Part shown: positions 49,472-62,700 of the stretch, in pieces
Numbering within the stretch: position 1 is the first letter of the stretch
How the letters are laid out: each line of letters starts with the position of its first letter
Assembly (NCBI RefSeq): GCF_018350175.1
Contig: NC_058369.1
Location: 10,418,001-10,482,000 of the forward strand
DNA: 64,000 nucleotides
From: Felis catus
Lineage: Eukaryota
Direction of reading: 5' to 3'
Position numbers and translations under genes: made by a program
Notes under the pieces: model-generated
The model's input: the letters and a program-made list of their open reading frames with translations, nothing else
Databases searched by the model: none
Told to the model about the DNA's origin: nothing

Positions 49472-52400
49472 CTAAAAAAAGAAGGTGTAAAAACGATTCT
49501 GTGTTAGAAAGTGCAATGTTTGTGTACAGAAAACTATAAAATATTGTCAAAAGAAGTCTAAGAAGAGAAAAAGTTTTGTGGACCCGAACGTACAAATGCT
49601 TGGGACAATTCACATTGCCAGAATCTCTCCCCTTGCCCTCTGTGATTCTCTAATGAGGTTTTACAGTGTCTGTATCTTTGGAAATACTAGGAATGATTGC
49701 AGACTTTTATGGGAGGTTTCAATGCAACTTAATCCTTATTTCACTTTTATGACTATATACACACCAGGTGTTTATTGTTCATTATATACAGGGACAGCAT
49801 GGAATGATTTGGGATACAGGATATGCAGTGACCCTGTACAGCTGGGGCATCTCTGCTCCAGATTATTACTTCCCGATTACTTATCTGACCACAGCATCTT
49901 TCTCTGCTTCTGAGTGTTTTCTATCTTGTCGATTTTAAGTATAATTAAAAAGTGGTTGCACCATATCATGAAAAGAGGACAGTCATGTGCAAGAGGGCAC
50001 AGAAGCTCAGCGAGTGAAAGTATAGTGAAGAGCTCGTTTCAAGACAGGGAAGTGCCTTCAACTGAGTCCAGGCATGAGCCTTCCTAGGGCATCCCCTGCT
50101 ATCTGCACAGGTTGTCCAGTGAGGCAGGCATGAGACGCCCAAGCGGATTGGCTAGGGAAGTGCTCTGGGAACACTGCATAATCTTACCGCACTGTGCTTG
50201 GAAGCATCAGACACGGTCCTGCTTGAGAGCGTGTAATTCTCAGGCTCGGCTTTGGCTTTCCTGACCCCTCTGAACCACTTCCCGTACTGCTCCCGGACCT
50301 GCAGGGGCAAAGCACGCTCTGGGTCAGCTCACTAGGCGGGGTGGGGACAGGAAGAGTCCTGGATGGGGGCCAGACTGTGGTACCTGCTGGCTGAGGAGGC
50401 AGTACACCAGGAAGATGAACATTCCCTGCAGGCTGTTGATGATGGTGAAGAGGTAAGCCATGACGCGGGCAGCTGGCCCCACCTGCAGGAGGCCCAGACA
50501 CCACGTGCAGCCCAGGATGAGGAGCTGAGCCGTCGCTTTGAATGTCAGCATCCTGGGTAGGAGGAGAGAGGAGGCTCGTGATGCACCGGGAGCAACAGCC
50601 CCCTCCCCACCCCACCTGTTTTCAAGTCCACTCCACGGATGCTTCCTACTGAGTAGCCATCAACTTGGATCTTTATCGTCAATGATTCCATAAAAAGAAA
50701 TGGTGTTTGGGTCAGGGATGACAGTTTGACTAGGACTAGGGATGGTAGTGACACTCCAGAATGTGAGTTTCAAAAAGGTCACGATGTTTCAGGAAGACCC
50801 CTAATTTTGCTCAGCTGACATTGTCGAGAACATTCTGTGCCCCTGGCTCTAGGCTGGGGCTTGGGCATTCAGAACAACCAAGACAAGACTTCTGTTTCCA
50901 CAGCCCTTAGAGTCTGGCGGCAAGACAAAAACAAATGATCACTTATAACATTTGCAAAGTGAGGTACTTCTGCCCAGATCCCATCCAGGGCTGTTCCTGT
51001 CCCCACCTTCTCCATGACCTGACCCAGAATGTGCTTTGCCCAGAACAGAGGCCACTGATTCTGTGCAAAGTTGAGGAAAGGCAAGGGCATCCCCAAACTC
51101 CTAGATGATGTGACATGTGGTTGATGAACCTGCATTCACGTGGGGCAAGGGAAGGGGAAGGCAGGGGGCCTAAAACGCATGAAGGCATGACCATGAAAGG
51201 GTGCGCTGGGTTCTGGGAACGGTTATGCGATGTTTTGAGTGTGTTGTAAGGATAGAAATGTTCTCAGGACCTACTATGTGAGGCATGGAAGCAATCCCTG
51301 TGTATCAGGGCAAAGTCCATTCTCTCTGGACATGAGATCCTTGGAGCTCTGAGGATAATGCTCTGGATGGGGGATATTCCTCTGACTCATCCTCACCTGG
51401 TGTTCTGGAGGGTGGACACATCTCTGTTGAGGGAGGAGAGCTTGTTTCTCACAATCCAGAAGGTCATCAGAAAGAAGGCCAGATTAATCTGCAGAAAGCC
51501 CACAGGCGTATTAAATTCACTCCACATCTGGTAAGCATCCTCCCAGCTCATCCAACCCCTAACCCGGCAGGTAAGAAGCTTTTGCGTTTTGTAGAAGTCC
51601 TAGAAGACTAGACCAACCACCCTGTAACTCAGGCATGTGTTTGTCCTGTAACTTTGGCGAGCACTTCGATGCAGTTCACATGGAAACTCCAAATTTTAGC
51701 ACTGAAAGTCCCAGGTCTCAGGAAACATGTTAGTCCTGTTGTTACAATGGAAATTCCTGCATCCTGGGGGCGGGGGGGTGGGGTGTCTCTCATCAGTCCT
51801 GGGCCGACTGGAATGATTGCTCCTGCTGCCTGTAACCCTCCTGGTACACCTGGTCTTTGAATGACCGTCACTTGGGCAGGCAGGATGCTCTGATGTCACG
51901 TGTTACTCACGGAGAAGATGGTGCAGACGGGGCCCAGGAAGGTCCATACAAATCCTTTTTCTGTGTGAAGCCAGCATCTAAGAGAGAGATGAGAAGTGAG
52001 TCAAGAGAACATTGGCCTTTGTGGATAAAGAATCACTAGAATGTATAATATATAATGATTAAATACTTCATAATGAACATTTAAAATAATTCAATCTTAA
52101 GGACTTAAAAACAGTTCAAGGAACACAATATTCCATCAGAGAGATGTCTTCGGAGTGGGCACTGACCTTTCCTCTGCCTATCATGTTCGGGGGAAACTAA
52201 ATCGCTATTGGTTCTATGATGGCCACAGTAGTGCTGGAGAAGATGGGGGCAGTGGGAATTGGCACTTACCTGGTGGGTGTTCCATAAAGGGAAGGTCTGG
52301 ATGCAGCAGAAACGGCCACAATCAGAGCCGGGACTCCGTAGCCCACAGGGAACATGAGTCTCTTCGTGAACCTGCTCATGCTGGAGTAGTTGACCACCAT

Positions 52401-54708
52401 CAGGTTGCGTGCCGTGAGGAAGAGGTGTAGACCCTCCAACAGCATCCAGGTGAAGGAGGCCAGGTAGAGATAGTGTAAGGCCCCCGCGATGATGGCGCAC
52501 AGCAGCTGGGGGAGGAGGAAGGAGTCATCAGGAGGGACTGTCAGGGAGGAGGGTGGCCCCAGGACCCCTCCCACACCTTGCCAGCGGGGAGAACTCGTGT
52601 ATATATATATATAGGGTCGAGTTGTTGAGAGAGGATTGTCTTCTGCTTCATCAGTCAACGTGAAATAGGCTATTTACCCCTCCAGCCTCCCTGTCGCCCA
52701 ACGATATTGTGTTAAGGTATCAGTGCAGCAGGGCTCCATGAACTGAGCATCCCGTGGCTCAGGGCAGGGGGTCCTCTGGGACAGTGTCAGTACCTTGATC
52801 TTGGTCTGGTCGATGGCCGTGAGGAAGAGCAGGTGGGCCAGGAAGAGGCAGATCGAGAGCTGCAGGTGGAGCGAGGTGCTGGTGTTCTGGATGGCTTTGC
52901 ACAGGAGGAAGGTGAGGGCTGCCAGGAGGAGGCACAGCAGAGAGAGGCCCAGCCCCACGTAGGTGATCACAGCCAGCACGGGATCCTCCTCCTGGGACCC
53001 AGCAAAAAGGACAGCACAGTCACAGGTCCTATATCAGTTGACTTTAAGAGGCATTTCATCACCCTGGGTGGGCCTGGCCTAATCAGTGAGCTCTCAAAGC
53101 TCTAGGCTCTTCCTAGAGAAAAGGATTCAAAGTTTGAGGGCGTTTGAGGTGAGGGAGCTTCTCCTGCTGGCCTCTGGACAGAAATGCTGACACACTGTGT
53201 GGGGCCTAGAGAGAAGGAATGCAGGTAGCCCCTAGGAGCTGAGCAGGGTCCCCTGCTCGCAGCCGGAAAGAAAGTGGAACCCCAGACCTACAACTGCAAG
53301 GAACGGAATTCTGCCACCAACCAGGGAGCTCACAGGAGGACCCCAGGCCTCCGACGAGAATGCAGCTTTGGCTGACTCAATGGTCTCAACCTTGTAAGAC
53401 CCAGAGCAGGCAACTGAGCTACGCTACGCCCGATTCTCGTCCCACAGAAACCACGAGACATAAATTTATGTTTCTTTAAGCTCCTACATGTGGGGAAACA
53501 TGTTCGAGAGCGATAGACGTGGAAAGCGGCCTCTCTCAGGGATCTCACCTGCACGTGGCCGTGGGCCATGAGGACGGCAAAGCTGCTGAGGTGGGAGCAC
53601 TGGCAGGTGGTGCTGGCGTCTCCGGTGGCCGCCATCCTGCAGCCCGTGGTGGACCAATGACCGCCTCCATCCTGACTGTGCTCCCAGAAGACACAGAACA
53701 CCTTCTGGGTTGGCCCGGGTGTCACCGACTGTAGAAGAGAGCGTCGGTGGGAGCTGGAGACTCTTATCCAAAGCTGGTTTGCAAAGGGCTTTCCTGGGGG
53801 AAGGAGGCGCCCACGGAGGAGGCCCCCAGGACACCAAGGGTGATCTCGACAGTGAGGCTGAGCCCCGGACCCAGCCCAGTTCCTTGCCCAGCCACAGCCC
53901 CATTCCACCAGGACTCACGTGGTGGGAGAAGATGAAGGTGACGGGGGAGCCGAGGTTCTGGGTGTCTTTGTTGCTCACAAAGGCAGAGACGACACCTGAG
54001 AGCAGGACAGGGGGGACCTCTCCCAGCAATTCCTTGTGTTCACGCAGAACTGCCTGCTGCTTAGGGTCCAGGACCAGGGGCGCCTCGGCCAGGAACTTGG
54101 CCATCCCTGGAGTGGAGACGAGGCCCACCACAGAAGGACCTGCAGGACCAGGCCAATGTGGATACCTCGGGGTGCCCACCAGCGCCCCTTCTTCCTCAGA
54201 TGGACCCTTTGTGGCCCCACTCTGCCCCCTACCTCCCCGTAAGCTTCAGGTCCCCGTGTGTCACGTCCTTGGGCGTCTTGTGACCTCCCATCTCGGCCCT
54301 TACCTGAGTCACTAGATTCATGCACCTCATCCAAGCTCAGCAGCATCTTTGCCTGGTTCAGACTCAAGGTGACATTTCTGTCTCCTTGTTCTTGCACCTT
54401 CAGGGACAGGTCTATGAGATGTCAGAGTTATTAAGGGAGTTAGGATACTATTTGTGGCTGTAGTGGTTACAATAATACTATCCTTTATATGTGTGTTTAC
54501 ATACATCTGGCTATCCACACACGTAAGAAGGAACTCTACTTCATACAACACACAAAAATTAACTCAAAGTGGCATGACAAATTTAAGGCATGCCTTGGTG
54601 GCTCAGTTGGTTGAGCATCTGACTTTTGATTTCAGCTCAGGTAATGACCCCAAGGTTGTGGGATCAAAGCCTGTGTTGGGCTCTGTGCTAAGCTTGGAGC
54701 CTGTTTGG

Positions 54709-54751
<43 letters not shown>

Positions 54752-57700
54752 CTGCCCCTCCCCATCTCTCTCTTTCTCTCTCTAAAACAGACAATGAAAG
54801 AAACAAACAATCCTAAACTTAAGGGCTAAAAGTACAACAGTTGGAAGAAAACACAGATGTAAATCTTCACAGCCTTGGATTTGACAATGGATTCTTAGAT
54901 ACAGCACCAAATGCACATGCAACTAAAGAAAAAAAGAGAAAATGAATTTCAAAACAGAAGCACCTGTTCATTAAAGCAAAAAAAAAAAAAAAATTCACTC
55001 TTGTGTGGATCCTGAGAAACTTAACAGAAACCCGTGGGGGAGGGGAAGAAAAAAAAAAGGAGGTTAGAGTGGGAGAGAGCCAAAGCATAAGAGACTCTTA
55101 AAAACCGAGAACAAACTGAGGGTTGATGGGGGGTGGGAGGGAGGGGAGGGTGGGTGATGGCTATTGAGGAGGGCACCTTTTGGGATGAGCACTGGGTGTT
55201 GTATGGAAACCAATTTGACAATAAACTTCATATATTGAAAAAAATAAAAAAAATAAAAAATAAAAAAAATAAAAAGTAAAAAAAATAATCTATGGAATGG
55301 GAGAAAATTAGCAAGTCACATGTCTCACAGAGTGTACTATTAGAACATAGAAAGAATTCTTCCAGCTCAACAACCAAAAGCCAAACAATGAATTAAAACA
55401 ACAGGCAAAGGGACTTGCATAGACATTTCTCCAAAAAAAATACACACATGTTCAGTAATTACACAAAAAGATGTGAGCCATCACTAGTCATCAGGGAAAC
55501 GTAAATCAAAACCACAATGAGATATCACCAGACACATACTGAAAAGACTAATAAAAATAAAACAGGGGCACCAGGGTGGCTTAGTTGGTTGAGTGTCCAA
55601 CTTCGACTCAAGTCATGATCTCATGGTTTGTGGGTTTGAGCCCCACATCAGGTTCCGTGCTGACAGCTCAGAGCCTGCTTGGGATCCTCTCTCTCTACCT
55701 CTCTCTGCCCCTCCCTGGCTTGTGCTCTCTTTTTCAAAATAAATAAATACACTTAAAAAAACAACAACAATAAAAAAGTGAAAGTGCCAAGTGTTGCTGA
55801 GGGGGTAGAAATTGGGGTCCATTGCCGGTGAGGATACGAGATGGAAAAATAGCCTCTTTGGAAAATAGTTTGGTGGTTCTCAAAAAGTCGAACATAGAAT
55901 CGCTGTATAACTCAGCAATTCCAGTCCTAAGTAAGTACCCCAAAGAACCGAGAACAGTTATTCAAACAAAAGCGTGTGAACCAATATTCACAGTGGCACC
56001 ATGTGCAAGAGTCAAAGGGTGGCAACACCCGAAATGTCCATCAGTGGATGAACAGGGACACAAGAAGTGCTGTATCCATCTACAATTAAATGTTGCTCAG
56101 CCGCAAAAGGGAATGAAACACTGAGAGATGCTACAACGTGGATGAACCTTGAAAACATCCTGCTAGGTGAAAGAAACCACATAGTGTATGATTCTCTAGG
56201 TATGAGAAGTCCAGAATAGGCGCATCCATAGAGACAGAAGACAGACCAGTGGTGGCCAGGGGCTGGGGGAGCGGAGGAATAGGGAGTGACTTCTGGGGGT
56301 GGGGTGGGGTACAGTATTTACTTTGAGGGCGATGAAAATAGTTTAGAAATGGAGGCAATGATCACAACTCCGTGAATGTACTAAATGCCACTGAATTGTA
56401 TACTTTGTTTAAAATGGTGGATTTTATGTTACGTGAATTCTACCTCAAATGAAACAAATAAAATACTTAACTGTGAGAGAACATTAACTGAATATGATTC
56501 CAAATTAAGTAAATTGTTTTCTTGGGAAGCCATTTCTATTGTATTTTACGTTCTTCATTACCATTAATTCAACTGCTCATAATTTAGTTTCTATTAAGAT
56601 GTATATTATTTATAGCTTTATTCATTTCTTCTTTTAATTGAGGTATAACGAACATAGAACATTAGTTTCAGGTGTACATGGTGATGATTTGTTATTTGTA
56701 TGTGTTGCAAAATGATCACCACAGTGAGTGTGGTAAACACCTGTCCCCACATAGAGTTACATTTTTTTTCCTGTGATAAGAACTTTCAAGATTTACTTTT
56801 TGTAGCAACTTGGAAACATGTAATATAGTGTTATTATTCTCGTGCTGTACATTACATCTCATGACTTAGTTATTTTATATCTTTTGATCCCCTTCACCCA
56901 TTTAGCCCACTGCCCCACCCCCACACACCTCACCCCTACCTCTGACACTCACTAATCTGTGTCTATAAGCTTGTGCCCTTTTTTTTTTTTTTTTTTTAGG
57001 ATTCCACATATAAGTGAGACCAGATGGTATTTGGCCTTCTCTGACTTAGCATAATATATTCATTTCTTTTTAACCACTTTTGATTGGTTTAGGGAGTGTA
57101 ACACTGAGATACAAGTGTGGTCACTGGCTCCAGTGAGGCTGGGGGATAAACGAGGTGGGGAAGGGCAGGGCAGGAGCCCGGGGCAGACCCCAGTACTTGC
57201 CTGTGCCTGCAGATGCATTGAAGGTCAATGTCCCATTGGGCAGGGCCTGGCTTATGTTTCTCAGGACGTCCTCCAGGCCAGCGAGCAGGTTCGCGGCCAC
57301 ACGGTGCTGCTCTGAGCGGGGCAGCGCCCCCAGGTCTTCCGGGGTCTGCAACAACTCATCCACCCCCTCTATGAGGCCCTGGGGGAAAGCAGACCCAGAT
57401 GTCGTGAGCCGTGGGCCAGACTGCATGAAGAGGCTGTCCATTGAGCCTCAGAAAAAAGATCCTGGAGAATAAAGTCTATTTACCTGGATGCTGTCCTGGG
57501 CAAAGGCCGGTATGAACTTTCTGGCCAGATCTTCGACTTTTTCAAAGAAGCGGGAGAGTCTCTGGGAAGAGGGCAAATGAGGAGGTCAGAGAGCCTCACG
57601 TGCGAGTGGGGAAGCTTGGGGAAAATGGTGGCCAGGGAGGGCGGGCAGCCCGTGCTTCAAGGAAGGATTTCCTGTCTCCTGGTCCCTGCTGGGGCCAACT

Positions 57701-59730
57701 CACCTGGCTCTTGATTCCACGGGGTGGGGTCCAGCTGGGGAAAAAGTTGCCTGCAAGAGACAAAGTGCTTCATGAGGTGTGACAGCATCTATCTTTGTAC
57801 GTGTTCGGGGGTAGGGGTCTCGGGTCAGGTCAGGCCAGGTACTTTCCCAGGCGGTCATTTGGTTATTCAGGGAGCCTGGTTTGGGCATAGAAGCATCGGG
57901 AAGGCCCCACTGTCTCCTCCCTGGTGAGTGAGTGCCTTTTCTTATTCACACAGAGGTGTGCTATGGGTGAATGTGGTGGCCTACATGCTCTGCTGCCCAG
58001 ATATGGATGGAATCGGCCTGGGTCCTCCCTGTCTCCCAGCCCTGGCTGGGTGCCCTCGGCTTCCCCGGGCAGCTTTCAGCCAGGGTGGGACATCACGGGC
58101 ATCTGTGTCCCAGCCTGAGCATTTGGACAAAGGCCAGTGTGGGTCTTCTAGGGAACCAAGTGCAGGGAAAATGGTGCATTACCCAACAAGGATCCTGTTG
58201 GATCTGGCTCCCACCGACGGCCTTTGTTTTAATTCCCTCAGGGCAGCCACTCACCTGCTGGTCCCCAATGATGCTGTCTGTTGCTATCTTGTCTCGACGG
58301 GAGCCCCTTCTGATCATGTAATTTTCTATGTGTGTATGGGGGTGGATCCGTGTAATTCTGCTTAGACTCCACACAGCATTCTTCTGGCTCCTGGTCATCT
58401 GGTTTGCTCTCAGGAATGTGAACTGAAATTACTGGGGAGAGTCAGGGTAAGCCTTGTGCAGGGAAGGAGACAGGGACTGAGCACCTGAGAAGGGGTGGGG
58501 GGTGTCAGGATGCCAAAACTGTTGGCCAGGGAGTCCACTGGCTCAGAAAAGCTCAGCTCTCGAATCTTCCCACTCCAGTGTTTCGGGGTGGGGTCCCTGA
58601 GTCCAGTGTGGCCCAAGAGGTCTGAGAGTTTTCCTCGTATGGCAGAGCCCAAGTGGGCTTTGGTGGGGAAAGGTCTCATCCTGGCAGTCACTGATGATGG
58701 TAAAGAGGAGGGATCCTGTGCTGGAAACAATACGCTGTGAGCTCCTTAAATATCTTGAGTGCCATCCTTCTCTATGTTTTACAAAAACAAGATGCCGGGG
58801 TGGGGGTGGGGGTGGGGGCGGGTGGGCAAGGGATACTCTGAACTTTCAGAAGTGACCCTCTGCAGAAGGTTCTGAGCCTTGGGGTTCAAAGAGGGGTGCG
58901 TGACCGGGTAGGTGCCGAGGACAGCTCTCTGATGCCTAGAGAAAGTGGAGCAAATGCCTTCCCACCGGGAGATGGAAGGCGTGGGGTGGTTCTTACCTTG
59001 ACACGTGTTCTCACTCTCACTCCTGAATGTTTTTGCCCCAGAAGCAAGCTCGTATCCTGGGCCGCACGTGCAGTGGTAGCTCCCCTCTGTGTTGAGGCAG
59101 TGTGCGAATTTTCCACAGGACACTCTGGGGGGTGGTCCACACTCGTTGATGTCTGAAAGCCAACAGGACAAAAGGTTACCTCCCAAAGGTGTGGGTTCCC
59201 GTGGGCAGAGGCCCTGGCCTCCAGCCAGACTCTACCAACGGAACGGGAGAGAACTCAGCTGGCAGGTGGCATTTCAGGGGCTGGTCTGAGTGGGAGTCAG
59301 GTTGCTCCAGAAAGCTGCTGACGACTCGGCTCATCTCTGCTCTCTGGCTGGGTCTGAGGGGCACCTAGATTCAGATGCTACTGTTCCATGATGGGGGCTG
59401 GAAGGAGGTCCGCCTCCCCTTCTGCAGACCTCGTGGGGTGGACAGAGGCACTGAGTCTGTCTGCGTGATTGGGAACCTGGGGGTGGGCTCCAGTCAGGGC
59501 GACAGCGGTACTGAAAGCCACTCTCCATAATGAGTCAGTGAAGGGAGTCATGGCTGGAGTCTGTTCAGGGTCATGCTTATTCGCACATGAAGGTAAAGCC
59601 AGGTGGTCAGGCCTCTGCCCATTGACAGCTTTCACTTCCATTATTCACAGTGGCCCAAGGACACCCACAGTCCTCATCATCCACTCCCCCAAGCTCGTAA
59701 TGTCAGGCATTTCTTTTTAATGTTTATTTT

Positions 59731-59777
<47 letters not shown>

Positions 59778-62700
59778 ACACACACACACACAGAGAAGGG
59801 GACAGAGGATCCAAAGTGGGTCCTGCACTGACCGCAGAGAGCCTGAGTTAGGGCTCAAACTCATGAACCATGAGATCATGACCTGAGCTGGAGTTGGATG
59901 CTCAACTGACTGAGCCACCCAGGCGCCCCAGTCAGACATTTTAAAGATGCCCCAAGATGCCTCAGTGGGAGTCTTACTATCTCCACTCCTGAGGGAAGTC
60001 CCCTCTTGTCAGAGACACTGGGAACGTGACATGGAGAAGCTGCACAAAGTGTCTCACAGCTGAGTCACTGGGGATGTTTTTGGGCATCCTACATCTCCCT
60101 GTTCTTTAAACATGACAGGAAAGCTGTCCACCAGCCAGGGACCCACAGAGCAAGGCTGGACACTGTCAGCTATCGACAACCTCAACAACTTGATCAGGTG
60201 AATCAAAAGGCAGGGACAGAACGTTGGGTCCCGGACACTCCCATCGGGGGATCAGAGACTTTCAGAGCCTGCAAGGGCTCATGACCTCGTGCTGAGTGGG
60301 GGTCTGGCAGGCAGCTGGTCTCCCCCAGAGCAGAGTCTCCTACCCGAACTCGAGGACTTCCTCCTAGGGCCCCGGGCCCAGGCTGTGGGCGTCAGCCCCA
60401 GGACGGGACAGCAGGCGGGAAGAGGCCCGGCCCCGTCTGGGCCATGGGACCGCCCTCCTGTCTTCTCAGATGGGGGCGATGGCTGGACACCTGTCTCCAG
60501 GGTTGTGGGATGGGGTGGAGTCAAGCGGGGGACGGTTGAGAATGAGGTCCAAGGTGTGGAAAGCATGAGGCCTCCTCAACCAGACAGATGTGCTTCCAGA
60601 AAGGAGCTGGGGTCCAGTTACATTAGCGGTAGGATCTCCTCGTCATGCTCACCCAGCCATGAATCTTCATGAGACCCGTGTGCAAATGCACAAAGGCCGG
60701 GCAGTGGTCACAACAACACCTTTTTTTCTCTGATAAAATATTTTCCTCAAGCACTAAATGACACGTGGGTACTTAGAAAACAAAGAAAATGCGAAAAATG
60801 AGAACAAAGAAAATCAACTGTAAGTCCACTATATGAGCTACTGGAAGATTTAAGATAGTTTTCCCCTCAGCTTTTCAAACATATTAGGAACACTTTGCTT
60901 TATTATCAATAAATTTGCATCTAAGATGATTTTGAGTAGATGAAGAATATTTTTTGGTGTGAGAGCTGCTCATGTCCTCCTTTCCCCATTATTTTTTTAA
61001 TGTGGTAGAATGCCCTTAACATAAAATTTACCATGTTAACCATATTTAAGTAATATAATTTTCTTTTATGATTTTGCATTGTTGAAGAATAAAAACTCTT
61101 CAGTTTTGTTATTTTTTATTTTTTTAAAACACTTTAGTTTTAGATCTTCATCTAGGCTCTACATCCTTATTAATTGTGACTTTGGCTAATTCAATCTCTT
61201 TGAGCCCAATTATTATCATTTAAAAAAATGAAGCCATAAAATTTATAGAAAAAACATAGGGAATAAGCTCTTTGAAATTGGTCTTGGCACAGAGTTTTTT
61301 GGATTTGACTCCAAAAAACAAAGATAAGTTAGTGGGAACATATCAAACTAAAAAACTTCTGCACAGCAAAAGAAACCATCAAAAAATGAAAAAGCAACCT
61401 ATAGTTTAGTAGAAAATATTTGCAAATCATAAAGCTGAGAAGTGGCTAACATCCAAAATACAGAACTCATTCAACACAATAGAAAAAAGAAAACTAAACA
61501 ATCCAACTTAAAAAATGGGCTGCAGATCTGAAAAGACATTTTCCAAAGAAGACATCCAAATGGCCAACAGGTACATGAAAAGGTGCCCAACATCACTCAT
61601 CGTCAGAGAAGTGCAAAGCCAAACTGTAATGAGATATCATCTCGCACCTGTTGGGATGGCTATTATAAAAAAGATAAGAAATAACAAGTGTTGGTGAGGA
61701 TGTGGGAAAAAGGGAACCTTGCGCACCGTGGGTGGGAATGCAAACTGGTGCAGCCACTGTGGGGAAACGTATTCAAAAAATTAAAAATGGAAGTACCACG
61801 TGATCCAGAAGTTCTACTTCTGGGTATTTATTTGAAGGAAACAAAAACACTAACTTGAAAGTCGGCATCCTCGTGTTCGTTGCAGCTTTATTTGTAACGG
61901 GCAAGGAAGGGAAACAACCTTAGTTTTTATCGGTGCCTGAGTGGGTAATGAAAAAGTGTTGTATGTGTATGGGGGAGTATCACTTAACCATACAAGGGAA
62001 GACAGTCCTGCCATTTGCAGCACCATGGATGGACCTTGAGGGCATTACACTAAGCGAGTTAAGTTGCAGAGAGAAAGACAAATACCGTACGATTTCAATA
62101 TATGTGGAATCTAAAAACAAACCCACAAACAAGACAGAAGTCATACAGAGAACAGATGCGTGGGTGCCAGAGGTGGGGAGGGATTGGTAGGGGTGCAGGC
62201 AGGCAGGGAGGAAAACTGGTGCTAGATTTGCTTCCTCATGGGTCTGCTGTGAACAGTGAGGCGGGAAACCATGACCTTGAGGGGTCGGGAGTTCCCGGTG
62301 AGCTCACGCCAGGAGGAGAGCCTGGGCTCTCAAGTCCTGTGTTTCTTTCCTCCCGTTGCTTCCATTCTTTCTCCCCTTTCCTTGTGCAATGAGCACCATC
62401 ATAGTAATAACAGCAGCAGCCACGACAAGAGCTTGTGTTGAACCGTCCGCTCCATACTCGTCTTTATCGGTTCTCCACACGGGCAGATTTTAAATCTCAC
62501 TCCATCCGTGTGGGGTGGGTACAACGATGATCCCCAATTTACAGACATGCAAACTGAGGCATAGAGAGGAGAACATCTTCCCCCTACCACCTCCCCCAAC
62601 AACTCCATGCGCCCCCCCCTCCCCCCCGTACCATCACAATTCTCCAAGCGGTTGGTGAAGACGTCCCCGGATGAAGAAGTGAACCCCGGAGAGCAGCGGC

